Below, piece by piece: positions 11,801 to 26,800 of a stretch of DNA of 64,000 bases (positions are counted from its first letter, which is position 1; each line of letters starts with the position of its first letter). The notes beneath the pieces were generated by a model. It was not told the origin of the DNA, searched no databases, and was given only the letters and a program-made list of their open reading frames with translations. Location: NCBI GenBank assembly GCA_050575255.1, contig JBNZDD010013607.1, positions 2,077,571 through 2,141,570 of the forward strand. Reading direction: 5' to 3'. The DNA comes from Harriotta raleighana. Its lineage: Eukaryota. A program made the translations under genes and the position numbers.

Positions 11801-14800
11801 GATAACTGAGTTGCTCAATTCATCTCGCATAAATCATGAGGATTGGAAAGGTGAGGAATAGTGCACAGAGCGTAGGTTTCTGTGAAATGCACAGAAACAC
11901 ATAGATGCATATACACGCATGCACACACACACACACCAAATCATGTGTGCAAGAAACACAATTTTTAAAATTAGTCACAGGTTGTTTTGATCCTGATTCA
12001 TAGTGTAAAATATAGAGCAGTCTTCCTGCTCGACAGTGCTTTGCTGCCAGCAGTACATTGCACCATTACACACTGAACAACCCATTCCAGCACGGAGGCC
12101 TTTGACTACATCCCCTGTATTTGCCAGGGGGCGCGGAATTAAACCTAAAGGGGAAATGAAAAAACACAAACTACTTTTTGAGGGTTTTCATTGGAATTTG
12201 AACCAAAAGGCTGCAAAGTATTAATGCTCGTTTAAGATGGAGAAAATTCAAAAAGCACTTTAAATGTTGTTTGAAAAAGGAAGTGCATGAGCAACTTGGT
12301 ATTTATGAGTTAAAAGACGTGGGAAACTCTCAGGCAACTGACCGTGATGGAGGCATTTTCAAGCCTGAAAGCTGACACTGAGAATCAGGCATTCCAGTCT
12401 GATGACCGCAACATTACAGTTTGTCTGGTCTGGTTATTAAGATGGACCTTAATGAGGCAGCGGGACTGGGTAGAGAGATACATGTTGGCTACTGGCCATT
12501 GCCCTCTGTAACGCAGAATGACTGTCGCCAGTTATTAAAACTGGCTGAGAAAATGCTATTCTTACCAGTCGCTGATGCATTTTTAACAGTGTTCACACTT
12601 CAGGAACTCCTAGACCCACAGCATTTCGACACCCTTCAGCCTTTTGGAGCCCGGGGGGATTTGCTTAGTCTAACAGCTCTAAATCTTGAGAGTAATCTGA
12701 CACATGAAGTGTTTTACATTTCCAGGACCTAACACCCACACATCCAGACACAGTATACCAGCTGCCACAGTATACCAGTCCAAGCCAGAAGACAAAAGCT
12801 GCACGCACCAAATAGCTGACCATTAAGAACAGATTTGTGATGGAGAATATTGATTAGCATTGGAGGAATTTGGTTCCAATGTTTACTTTTGACATTGCAC
12901 ATATATGACATTTCTATCTCACTGTAGACATCTGAAGATAGAGCGGTTTCTTTGCCTTTATTTATTTTAAATTATTCACAGGCTCAGACACCATTAGGTT
13001 AACTTGCTTAATAATAAAAATAATAATACATGCATTTGATACTATGCATTCGATCACACTGCAATGTCTCAAAGCGCTTCACAGGTTCATAGGATTTTTA
13101 CTGTGAAGTGTAGTGACTTGTGTAGTTGTAGGCATACACAGCAGCCAATTTCTCTACAACACTGTTTCACAATGACCAATAGTTGAACCTGGGGAAATAT
13201 TGGTCAGGACATCAGGAGAATTGCCCTACATGTTTTGAATCACAGGAATTTACAGTACAGAAGGAGGTCATTCAGACTATCTAGTTGGCACCAGCTCTCA
13301 GATCAATGGTGCCATGGGACCTTTGACCTGAACAGACGTACAGGTTCTTGGTCTAATGTTTGTACCTGAATGACAACACCTCTGACAGTACAGCATTGCT
13401 CCAGAACTGTTTTGCCAAGCCAGGCTGCAGTATGAGTTCAAAATCTTCATGAGGGGCTTTGACGTGAAATTTTGTTGTTGTTGTGACTCACAGTGAAAGT
13501 GCTAACCAAGCCAGGCTGACACTATCCCTTGAAAACCACGAAAATGTTTTTTTTTGAGTGTGATTGCCCTTTTCTCGGCTTTGCAAATTGGATTCAACGA
13601 CGTATTAAGATTCTACCAGTTCACAAAATGTTGTTCTTTAAGCATGCATTTGGGAGAATAAGAATGAATCCAAGCACATAAAACTAACTGTTTGTTTAAA
13701 GTTGCTACGCAATGACCCTCTATGATCTAGTCTAGGGAGTGTGGCTGTCAAGCTAAATCTACCACCCAGTGTTGGGACTAATCCATAGAGACCAGAGGTT
13801 ACGGACTCAGTTCCAAATATGTGTGGAGCTGGCTGACCACAGGCAGGCCTGTGGGTGGGATGTATGAACTGGCCTTGGAGGAAAGTGCACATGTGTCAAT
13901 GTCAGGTGAGGACAGATTAGTCTCAGCTGTGATGCCTTCATGGTGTAATAGCTTGTCGACACTCACTGTAACTTAGGCATAAGCATGACGAATGGTCATT
14001 TGGGAGAAGAACGAAGAGGACGGCTGGTGCCTTTGGATCGGTACCTGAGAATGAGTCAGTGCCTTCGAAAGAGGAGTCGGGGAGAAATAGGCAGCCAAAA
14101 ACACAGCTGTTCAGCAGCTGGAAAGAAATGTGGGGGGGTCAGAGGAGCAAGTCATTGAGAAAGAAGGTCAATTGAGGAATTGTTTGTAGTATAGAGAAAT
14201 TATTTTACTCTCAGAAACAGAACAACCCACTTTAAGAGGACAGTGATTGGACATACATGGCTTCTCCTCCAGCCCCTGCACTGTCACCTGTAGTGTCCCC
14301 CAGAGCTCTGTCCAGGGCACCTACTTTTCAATATCTACATTCTCCCCTTGATGATAACATCCACACACATGGGGTCAACTTCCACATGTAATAATAATAA
14401 TAATCCTTGCATTTGATATAGCGCTTTTCACATCTTATCAACGTCCCAAAGCGCTTCACAGAATACACTGTAAAGTGAATTGACTGTATATTTGTGGGCG
14501 GAACGCGGCAGCCAATTGCGCACAGCAGCGTCCTACAAACAGTCGTGAATTGAAATGACCAATTTTATTATTGTGGTTTTTTTGGAGGGATTATTATTAG
14601 GCATGTGGAGTAAGGAAACTTGCCCAAGGTTTCGCCCTGATCTGCCTGGATTCGAACACAAGTCTCATGCTTGCAAGGCGAGTGCTCTAACCACTAAGCC
14701 ACAGGAGCTCCAAATGTATGCGGATGACACCCAACTCTATCTTTCTGCCTATTCCCTTGATTCCAGGACCACTGCTATCCTGACAGACTGCCTGTCAGAC

Positions 14801-17800
14801 ATCAAGTTCTGGGATGAGAGTTAACTTTCTGCAGTTGAATGTCAACAAGATCGAGGTCCTCCTGATTGGCTCCCGCCATGGTTCAGACCTCAGGAACAAC
14901 CTCCATGGTTGCACACTCCACCTCACCAAGCCAGTCAGGAACCGAGATGCCTTGTTCGAGAATGGGGAAGATGGGTTCCTCCCACACATCCAAGCCTAGA
15001 CGTGTTCTGCCTTCCCTCACCTCCACAACATTGCCACTACTTCACTCCTCAGGCCGCTGAAACTCTCATTCATGCCTTCATCAAGTCCAGGCTCGATTAC
15101 ACCAATGCCCTGCTTGTTGGCCTTCTCAACTCCTCCCTCCATAAGCTGCAGATGATCCAGAACTCTACAGTCTATGTTCTCTTCCACACAAAGCTCTGTG
15201 ATCCCATCTCCCCCATTCTCGCTCGATTCCATTGGCTCCCCATCACCCAGAGAATTCAATTCAGGATCCTGGTCCTCACCTTTAAAGCCTCCAGGGCTTT
15301 GACCTACCCTACACCTGTGACCTCCTTACCCCCTAGTAACTTGCCCGCTCCCTCCACTCAGTAGGCTCCAGCCTGCTCTATGTCCCTCGACCCACCCACC
15401 CAACCATCGGTGGGCGAATCTTCAGCCACTCTGCCCTCAAACTCTGGAATTCCATCCTGCAATCCCTCCCTAGCCTCCTCAAGTCCTGCCTCAAGACCCT
15501 CTTCTTCGACGGTCCCATCGTTCACCCCAAATCTCCTCCTTTCCCTCCAGCCTCCCCAATCCCGACCCCAACTCAGGTCTGAAGCACTAACTGTTCAAAG
15601 CCTTAGGACATCCTCCCGACATGAAAGGCACTATACAAAAATAATTTTGCTGTTGAGTATGTTTTAAAACCAATATGTGTCTGTCTGTCATTCCTAAACA
15701 TGGCACCTCATATACCCTGATCCTGCATCCTCTTGCTCTGCTGCTTTTAAGCATATCATTTTAACTTCACAATAAAATTAATCATTCATTCCATGGCAGT
15801 TTGTAGGGCACTGCTATGCGTAAATTAGCTGCTATGTTCGCCTAGTCATTGCACTTTACCTTATATCCTGTGAAGCGCTTTTATGTCCCCCCCGATGTGA
15901 AAAGTGCTATATCAATTACAAGCCATTTTATTATTATTTTTACATTCTCTAACCCAACATGTTACACCGTTCAATGGGATTCCCTCTAATGCATCCGTTT
16001 TTAAAATTAAAGAGCCTCAGCTTATTACACCTTACCTCATAACTCAACACTTCAAAATGTTGGGATCAGTCATTAATCTCCTCTGCACAGTATGTTGGGT
16101 ATGTGTGGGTGCAGTTTGCTTATTTTTCAGTGACTGGGGTAGAGCTCTTGTATGGTCTGAATGTGTCTTCGGGGGATCTAAACTTAAAATGACTTGGCAA
16201 TGTGGCTGAGCACACTGTACATTTGTTTGCTGCTGACTCATTGTATTTGAACAAGGTGAAACTCCACAAGCAAGGCGTCTGGCAAAAAGAAACGCTTGAG
16301 TGAACTGATGCATTGTTTTGGAAAAATTAATTTGAGTAAAGTCTCTTGGATATGTAATTAAAATAAATATGCTGACAACTACAATTGTGTGAAATAATAC
16401 CACTTTAGGAGAAATGGCCTAAGAGGTAAGAGAGAGCCAGTATCCAGCTGAGTGGTCCATAAAGGTCACCACAGGAGCAGTCTCTAGTTTTCCGCCATGT
16501 CACTGTGTCTGGAGGTGTGTCAGGGTGGGGGAGGATAAGTGGAGGCTGGGGTAGTATTTGCTAGAAGGGGGAATGAGAGATGTTCGTTTAAGTATGAAAA
16601 AGTGAGAAGAGTCGGGGGGTGCTTTCAAAGTTGCATAGTGTAAAGGGAAACTACATGAAAATCTGGTCAATGATTTTCAAAGCTGCAGAAATTAAAGTGC
16701 CCAATTCTTTTGCGCTGGAATCATGCACTTCAATGAGCAACAGAGACAAACTGAATGAATTAGGGTTGGCAACAATTCTACTCTGTATCTCTTGGTATCT
16801 CTGCATATCTCAGCACTTTGGGACATCCTCCTGCCATGAAAGGCGCTCTACAAGTGTAATTTGTGTTGTATTTTTCGTGTTGAGAACAGAGCTGGAAGAC
16901 AGACAAGGTGGAACTTTGCATTTCAAATCATCAAATCATCCATCCAACACAGGGACATGTCGCCGGGAAGACAGAAATATAAAAGGATTTTATGTATTCA
17001 GACAAAAGGAGTATGCTGACAGAAGCAATTACCTAGATGGTATCACGCAGACTTGACTGGAAAATGAACTCTGCCATTCTGAGCAAAATAAAATCTCGAC
17101 GCATCTGCACACTGAAACCCAGACTTCTGGGAGAAAACAGAATGGCTTTTGTGAAAGTCAGTGACTGAATACTCCTGAATTGCTGATGCCAGGACTCAGT
17201 CTCCATTACTTGTTGGCCTGGCACTCTGTTTATTTTGCAATTGACATACCAATTACATTATGCCTACAGCATGTGACTATCACTTTATTAAACAAGCCAG
17301 CTTGTTTTCATTATATCATATATGGGTACTGTATTTTCTGTATTCACTTGCAGACTTGAACAATGCATTAAACATGTCAGAAATGAGCTGGATCACATTG
17401 AGACATGGGAAAGGAATTAAAGTGTGCAATCTCAGGTCTCAGGACTTAAAAAGTTCATAGCACTACGATTAATGTTATAATATCATTGCCCCCGCATGTT
17501 CCAAATGCTGATACAAAACTGCTTAATAGGCACTTTGGTTTTCAATGTCCAACTCACAATCCAATTTCACTTACACAGTTACTGCAAAAGAAAATACTTT
17601 CACTTCATAAATCATGCTTGCTATACTCTGATATTTTCACATGAAAAAATTAGCGCACAGCGTAATAATGGGTTATTAAAAATGTTTTTTTTTAGCAGTA
17701 ATTGCTGTTTAATAGTGTACACCAATTTTATATAACAAATGTTTTGAAGCCTCCAAATACCAGCAGGTTTTACAATATCTAGAACCATTATCAACCATGC

Positions 17801-20800
17801 ATAGCAACACACAATTGGAGGAAGGGACATTATGGTTAATAAGTTCATACTGGTGTTACTTGAAGGTTGGTGCTTTCGAATGTTAGGAGGAATCATAAAT
17901 AAGCTCAAATTTCAGTCAATTATATTTTGTTCAGTTGGGTTCAGTTCTTACCTGGCAGGGCAAGCCTGTACATTGCAGGAGATCACACCTGTAGCTGGCC
18001 GACTCCTCGGGTTGCAAAATGAGAGGTTTACTTGGACTCGAAGATCCCGGTAACAAGCTAATCTGGTTGCCATCTGACCTAATAGTGAACAGAAATACAT
18101 TCCTGTATTTAATAATGATAGTAATCCTTGCATTGGATATATTACCTTATCACACTGTTGAGACATCTCAAATAGATTGTAATGTGGATTTACTGTGTCA
18201 TTTGTGGGCAAAATAAGACAGCTAGTTTGCATGCAGCAATAAACCACAAACAGTCATGGAGTGAGCAACCAATATACACCGTACCTCCAAAAAACTGAGA
18301 CATTCATTTTGAAATAGTTTAGTCACGGAATCTTTGGAAGATGTTGACCAGTTTTTGTATGTGGTAATGGTTCATTTTCAAACGATCATTTTGAAAGCCT
18401 CCTGGTGTACACTGAAGATAAACTAACCTGAGACAAGCCAACATATGCTGCTGTCAGGCCCAGATGATAAACTAACCCTCACTCAGAGGCTACCCTTACA
18501 TGAAGGTCACATTGGTCTCGTCCCATGAATGTGGTTGAAAACAACAGGTTTGAGTGTATTAAATGTTTTGAACAAGAAAGGGTAGCAAAGGGTCCTAACT
18601 CTACAGCTGAATTTATTCTGAATGTTTAGACTAATCCAATACTGAGTACACTCCAAGTGTGCTGACCTAGAGTAGTTACCTTTCCATCCATTCCCATCAG
18701 AAAATACCCGAAGCACAGAATCAAGGGTACAAACTACACCTGCAGCCCACACCAACTCTGGTACAGATCAGTCAGGAAATATCAAAGTTTAGGTTTATAC
18801 TCCAGGTGTGCTTATCATCATTCTCTCAAAAGCATTGGGTACCGTACAGATTGGCTGCACCAGTTTTATTTACCTGGTGTCGATTACAGAAAAATGTAAT
18901 TTTCCCCCTTCGTGAATGTGTCTCCAAATCCCATTTATAAAAACACAGGAGCCAGGGAAACCATAGGCACCTACCTTCCTGCGATTCATTTTTTGGGGTG
19001 GATCATATATCCTTCAGTTTGTTACATTTCTTATCATTTCCTGTGTTCAGCCTCAAATACTTTTCCAGATGTAATTCATCAAGCAATCAAGTGACTGTGT
19101 TATTGAGAATTAATGACTAATTTGGACAGAATGTAGAAAACTCAGGGACTGGATCCGACAGAGCAATATTTTGGAAATATAAGAATCCATTTCACTACCA
19201 ACAAAATTAAATTAAAATGTAATTTAATTAACAAAAACAAAACGCAATAAACCCAACAACAACTTGCATTTGCTTAGCTACTTTCACGACGGAGCACCTA
19301 AACACAGAATTCACAGGAATGCAGTCAGTTAATGTCATGTGCTTCATCATTTTAATGTCTTCCAGAAGTAAAACAATTATCAGCATGAAGTCATATTTAG
19401 ATTTTCACTCTTAATCACAATGGCTGGAGGCTGAGAGGAGCTCTGTGTGCTCACAGCTAAGTATATATGGAATACAAATTTACATTTATATGGAGCAGTT
19501 CCGTGAATATGGGCAGAAATACATATTCATATATTGGTGGAACTCGGAGATTAAGTGTTTTTTTTTTTAATGCCATTTCTGCATTTCATTTTTGTGAGGA
19601 GTGCTATATATATGCAAGTCGTTGTATTTCTCTTGACTAGAGCCTGATTTGCATTTGTAGAGCAGTGCTATAAATTAACATGCTGATGAAGCACTATATA
19701 TATTGATGAACAAATAGAAATTTGCAGCCAAAAAGGCCATATCGGAGTATCTGGCTCTTTGAAGGTGCTCAGCAGAGTAGCTCTCCTCAAAAATTAAACT
19801 TTATCGTGTAACAGGAATTCATTCAGCTTTTAGGCAATTCAAGATAGAAAGTGTAAAGCGAGAGATCAAACATTGGGCTAATGTTCTTGAACCTGACTTG
19901 AGCTTTAGATTAATTTCCTGCCGTAATACATGCTTAATATATGATCTTAATATATTATGATGATCATTTTTGTTTAAAGCCACAGCAGTTCATTCTATTT
20001 CAGCAAAGCAGTCTTGAAACACAGAATGTTCACGTAAGGGTCCAGCATTTATAGATTCTTATAACGAGACATTCTTCAAAGTCATAACATTTTAATGATA
20101 GCTGAGCCGTGAGCTACCGACTATAGCTGACAACAGGGGGCTGGATATCATTGAAGTAATAAACACAAACGAAAATAAAGTTCCCACGAGTACTAGGACT
20201 CAATTTATCTCTCCACCAAGCAGGGTTTATGGGAAAACACTTTACTGCTCAATTCAAAGACATTTAAAGGGTTTGTAGATTTTCTTCAACTAAAACTACG
20301 TTTAATTTGTTCTAATATGATCAATAGAAAAATAATGAGAAACAGTTGTCAAGTAAAATGTAATGTCCCTCTCTTCACCTTTGTTGAAATATCTTTTCCA
20401 TTACAACTCTATCTGACTACTTTCTTGTCCATTTTCACTGGCAGCATGGATTCTTTCCACTGAGCTGCTATTATCCGTGTAAGCCAAATCCCAATGGTTA
20501 GGGTTGGCTCTAGCTGCAGAAGCAGCAATAAGTTTACTAGACAGAGCTTTTCAAGCTATGTATGTTTGAAAAATTCACTTGTTCCATTGCTCTCTCATTC
20601 CTCAAACTTGCAAAGTGAGCATCTTGGCTGCTAAGTCTAAACAAACACTATATCTTCCATCTGCCCAATTTTACCTATCTACAGTACAGTTTTTGCACAA
20701 GTATTTTGTCCAAAGCCAGTATTTTGTCCATTATCGCATTAACTTAGTAATTACAGCAACTTGCACTCATCTCGTACATTTATTTCATGGAAGATGAACA

Positions 20801-23800
20801 ACAACAACAACAAATGGGAGGATTTTGAAGGCGGAACGTAATAAGTGAGACAGAGAGTTCCAGAGAGTGGGAGCATAGTGGCTGAAGGCACAATCACTGA
20901 TATTAGGACAGAGGGAGTGAGGATGAAGATATAATAGACTAATATTATATGTTAGCAGTACTTAATCACAAATGGTACATTATCATTTTCAAATTACAAA
21001 ATAATAACTATTATAAAATAATAACTCTCAAATCTTTTGTGATAATTAATTTTATATTTAACATCACTCAGTTTATTCTTTGGTAAACTAGCTCTCCTTC
21101 ATCATGTGCCTGGTCAAGTGAATGTAATTGAACACTAGGTTTCAGCTTACGAGTGAACATATATATTTTTTTAAAAAGTAATAAACTTGCACAATGGAAC
21201 TAACTGATGAACTATTCTGCTTTGGCTACATCCCTGACCTTTCTCCGCAATAAAATGCTCTGCACTGCACTTGAACCTTGTGGGAAAGCTGTCCGTTGGC
21301 ATATATGCCAATAACCTCTCCAACAAACCTCACACAGGGTGATGCACATTTCCAGGCCCTTTTGAGTTTTTTGTTGCACAAAGTAAGAAAGGTCTCTAAA
21401 TCTGACCATGCAGGGACATGACCTTCTGTCAATTACTCAATAGAAGCCTGACTGAACAGTCAGTCACAAAATGGTGTGGTCCTTTTTCTGCTCCGTGGGG
21501 TATAAAGGGCAATGACGGGTGTAAGCAACCCTTTGCAGACAATAACAGCTACTGAGTATGAAGCAGTCAAATAACCTATCTTTTACTCGGGCTTCACATA
21601 AGGCTCTCACAAAGAAATTAGTGGGTAAAAGAACCCCATGAAAGCCACCGGGGAAGCTGGACTGAGCTTCGCCAGTAAATGGATCTCCATTCAAGGGCTG
21701 AAGGGCATCCTCCAGAGGTGAATGGAGCAGTTTAAACTAAGCTGTGGCAATCTCTATTACAAATCACAGAAAGGAAACATTAGTGGTTAATTTCCTGCAC
21801 TTAGTCACTTTAACATTGAATGGACAGCGCATTGGCTTTGTTCCTTGTTGCATTCTTGCTGTTGTTTCTGTCTCACTGTTTTTCACATTATGCTGTATTT
21901 CCTTTACTAGATTCTTCCCACCCATCTGTACATACATAGCCCTCTTACCATCTTCCCTTCCCACTTTTTATTTTTCTCTGGAATTAATGCCTATTGCCTT
22001 TTAAAGCTGCTGGAGACTTGACTTTGGTACATGGTGTGAACTGTTTTACTCCTCACTAAGCTTAATGCTGAAATTTATTGGTTAAGAGTTTCAGAGGCTT
22101 TAGATGAAATTATTGGTTTCAGGAAGCGAGTGCCTAATCATTTGAAACTATAGCAAAGTCCTGTAGCTCAGTGGTGAGAGCACTTGCCTTGCAAGTGAGA
22201 GACCTGGGTTCAATTCCAGGCAAGGTGAAACCTCGGGCAAGTTTCCTTACTCTCCACTCCTAATAATAATACCTCAATTTAAAAAAATTGAACATTTCAA
22301 TCCAAGAATGTTTGTGGGATACTGCTGTGTGCAATTGGCTGCTACATTTCGCCCACAAATATGCAGTCAATTCACTTTACAGCATACTCTGTGAAGTGCT
22401 TTGAGATGTTTAGAAAACCTGAAAAGCGCTCTATCAAATACAAGGATTATTGTTGATTATTTTTATAACAAACCCATCGACTGGTTCTTGTTTTTTCACC
22501 TGCTCAATTCAATTCATTATCTTATACATATTTCACGCCAGGTCAGCATAACAGAGGATATCACAGAGTTGTGCATGTCCCTTTAAGGCACCCCTCCTTT
22601 AACCCCACTTGTGATACCCATACGATGTCTATTTTCTGGCATATTTTGCCACTTGTATTTCATTGATGAGACTGAAAAAATCTGTTTGACATTATTTCAT
22701 CAGTGATGATGAGTAGGATGTCAGGAGAAGCTGGGAGAGGGAGGAATGGGAGGAATCTTCCAGTCCATTCAATGTAGTAAATATCACATGCTCAGACTTG
22801 ACTTGCACATCAAATAACTGAAGTTCTAGTCATTTGATGTCTATTGTCGTTCCATTTACGGGCATTCTCACGGGTTCTCAGGAGTTCTGCTGCTCTGCTC
22901 ACAGTGACTGTATTTTGGACAGGTGGTCGGTGAAGGCCAACTGCAGGTTCAAGCACCAACAATAAATTGCTTTTAATCTATCAGAGGAGAGGCAATGCCA
23001 GCACATAACTCAATGTCCAGTGGGAAATGCAACCCTAAAATACCTTCAACATTTCACAAGTGAAGAAAGATATGGAAAGGCTAATTGAACTGCTGCACTG
23101 TCTAGTGACATGCCAGACGCAACCTCATAAGCAACTGTGCAGAAAAAAAACACAAATGGGATCCAAAATGGTACCGATACATTCAGCCAGTAGAGCATCA
23201 TATTCTTACGGAGGACTACGGGTAACGTAGTTAAAGGAGACTGTTTACTGCAAAGGCAATCTCAAATAAAAGCCAATAGGTTGAAACACTACACTCTGCA
23301 AGTCATTCTTTCTAATGCTATTCCAAATAGCACTACAAAAGTAGTCAGTTGATGCATTGCCGTTGTGTAACGTAGAGGAACCTGGTACTGAGTCCTGTAG
23401 CTGTATAAGTAGGTGCTAGGCATCATCCATCAGAACAAAAAAAGGAGCGTTGAATTAGGAACTAAGCCAATACCCCAATCGGAGACGAATGGGATAATGA
23501 TTTATAATATAATCTATTATCTTAAGATCTGGCCTTTCTCTCATTCTTACAAAACAAAACATAATCCTTTGCTTCCTTTGCAATAAAATTCCTGTACTAC
23601 AATCCATACTAAACCTCATTTATTTTCTGAGCCAGTGAGTGCCAACAGCTGTTCTGAATCATTTACAATGTGAAATGTTCCAGTAAAAATTGATTAACGC
23701 ATCACAGCTTACATTTCAAAGTAATATTACCATCTAATGCACTGGTCCCAGTTGGAACCCAGAAAAAATATCCCAACGTGGACATTATTAGAACAGAATT

Positions 23801-26800
23801 GTGAACAAGTCCTGTAAACCCATTGTTTCCTTTTCACGATCAATGTACAGGAAATTTGAAATGACTATCAGCAAAAAGTAGTCCATGGAAACCAATGCAT
23901 AATGACTCGATAATTGGGACACACAAGAAAATAAACAGAATACAGTTCTGTACTAAAGAATGTGATTCCTGATCTGGGATTGTTTATTATTGAGTCTACA
24001 ATATACTGTAGATGTTTTCCATTTTGCATGACAAATGTTGGGTCATCTTGACAAATAGCAAAACATGTCCAAAATATAAAAGACTAGTGTTTCGTCCTTT
24101 AAAGATAGAAATGAGGAAGAAGCTACTGGACATGGAGTTGATATTGCTTTGTTGCTTTGTGATATTCTTCAGCTGAAAGGCACAATGTAAATAGAAGCAA
24201 TTGTTGTGTGTGTTCAAATAGGAAATGACAGAAGGTGCATCAGGAACTGACCCCAAGCATTATTTAGTGAGCAATGGAACACAGAGGGACAAAGAGAGAG
24301 AAAGAGAAAATGAGTTGCAATGTTACAGAGAATGCCAGACCATGAGAATAACAAAGAGATTGGTCTTATTCCTCTTTGTAGGACTGCATCTACATGCAGA
24401 GTGCTACATAAATCCAAGTTGTTGTTGCTGTTATATGGAGATCTCCAGCAGTGAAGACGATGACTTTTGGGAGACTGAGCCATCCAGTCATGGAAGCTTT
24501 GGAGATCAAATCCTGTTCTGTGCTAAGGAACATAATCTCAACTGGGGTAGTAGTGGGGACACAACAACTGGGAAATTCTAAATACCTGGATTTCTACATC
24601 CTGGGGCTTGAGGTGGGGGGAATCAGAATTTGTACTCCTGACTACTGCTCTGTGGCCCATGGTAGAAGGATTACGGATGCTGGACAAAGGCAAAATCATT
24701 CCTTAGCTGTGATGCCCAGTGTCAACATCTTTGCAACTCATGTTACTTAGGCTTATATTTAGACTGATCTCTTGAAAAAGGCATAGGAGGGAGCTGAATA
24801 ACAACTGATGTGCCTGCACCCTAGCAAGAGTTTGTACCTTCAGAACAGCAAGAGAAATAGTTGGAAAAAGTGAGAGAAATATATCAACAGATTTGTGATT
24901 ATCTGGTAAAAGACACAGGTTTTTTCATTCTGAGTCTCTGAAGGCAACTATAAAAGTGATGTGGTCATTATATATTGCAATAAAACATTAAAAGAGATGA
25001 GATTCGCCCACAAATATACAGTTCAATTCACTTTACAGCATATTCTGTGAAGCGCTTTGAGACATCTAGAAGACGTGAGAAGCGCTATATCAAATGCAAG
25101 GATTATTGGTATTATTAATTATTTGTATTATTATTTTTATTTACAGCCTGTTCAGGGTCTGGAAGCATTTAGACCCACAACATTAGGTTTCCAAGATCGC
25201 AATTGCACATTGCCTAACGATGCAAGTCCTATAGTTGGGCCATGATTCTGCTGTGCAAAACAGGACCACCTGAACACTATATCCGTTCACATGTTTGCAT
25301 ACAATCACATACTGCTTCTGTTTGGCTTTGCCAGTTGCAGCCACAATATAAGAATTAGAGATCAGAACTGGGAAACAGCTGCCTGCCAGCAGCGTGAGCT
25401 GGATCCGCAATAGTCTGCGTGCAAAACCTACTGGGAAAATGCATCCTCGCTACTTCCAACTTGTTGGATTTTTAACATAAAACATAATAATCCTGTTTGA
25501 GAATCTTGAATTGTTATAACTTGAGCTATGTAAGTGACCTAAACACGAAATCACTAACTTACCAATGATAGTAGTCAAATCATGATCTTCTTTCCATAAG
25601 AAAAATTGCAGCATTTATTTAAACGTATGAATATCAGCAGACATGCTGGAGCTCCAAAACAGCAAACGTGTGCAAGTAAGATAATTTCTTTATGCTGACA
25701 TTATACTGTATATTCAGACGTGTTGGATGCATCAAACATTCCAACACAGCAATTAGGAGATGGGATGTTTATGGGTTTCTATTTAAGATCTCATGTCCTC
25801 AATTTATTGTATGCAAGGAAAAAATTGAACATGAATGACAACTAACTTTACCTAAATGCACCCAACATTATTTCACAGATTCTGTGCCTAACCCCACCCC
25901 ATATCTGTCTGGATAATAACAGAGCCATACTTTTCCCGAGTCGCACAACACAGAGCAAAATTTACTAACATTTAGGTATATTTGCCTTCCTCAACTTCCA
26001 CAATTCAAACAAGTGCACGGGTTATGGTGAGCGGAGAGGGGGTGGGGTGGGAGGAAGGTGAAGAATGAATGTGAAACGTGAAGTCGAGCCATGCATTTAC
26101 ATCCTCCAACAATCCCTCTTAACATGCGCAAAAGGATTCATATACTTCCCACGAGTTATAAATCTGTTTAAAGTATGGACTATATTCCAGCTTTAAATCG
26201 TCCCCCTACAAAACTAATACACTTCAACAAATCCACAAGACCATGCTGATGATCTCTTATTAGTGGTAATGTTCCCTGCACCTAGTCATACGAATTAGCC
26301 AACAAATAGAAAGAAACACTGGAATGCTAAAGCACAGAAATCTCCCATTGGTCCCTCAAATCTTTGGTAGTTTTTATAATAATCCATGCATTTATATAGC
26401 ATCTTATCATCTATTCAACCTGTCTCAAAGCTCTTCACAGAATATATTATAAAGTGAATTGACTGTGTATTTTTCATTTGAATCACTTATCTAATCCCTA
26501 TCTTTTGCTCACTTTCCATACTTTCCATGATTTCCCCCTTGTCCCCCGTTCTCCCCCCCTTTCTTCCCTGATTTTACCCCACCCCGCTTTTCCCTCCATT
26601 TCTCCCCCTTGTTATTTATTCCCCCCTTTTTTTCCCCCATTTCTGTGTGTGTTTGTGGGACACTGCTGTGCGCAATTTGCTGCCGCGTTTCGCCCACAAA
26701 TATACAGTCATTTTTTCCTACTCCTTTCCCTGAGCCCTCCCCCCATACTTGGCTGTACAGCGCTTTGGGACGTCCTCCCGACGTGAAAGGCGCTTTATAA

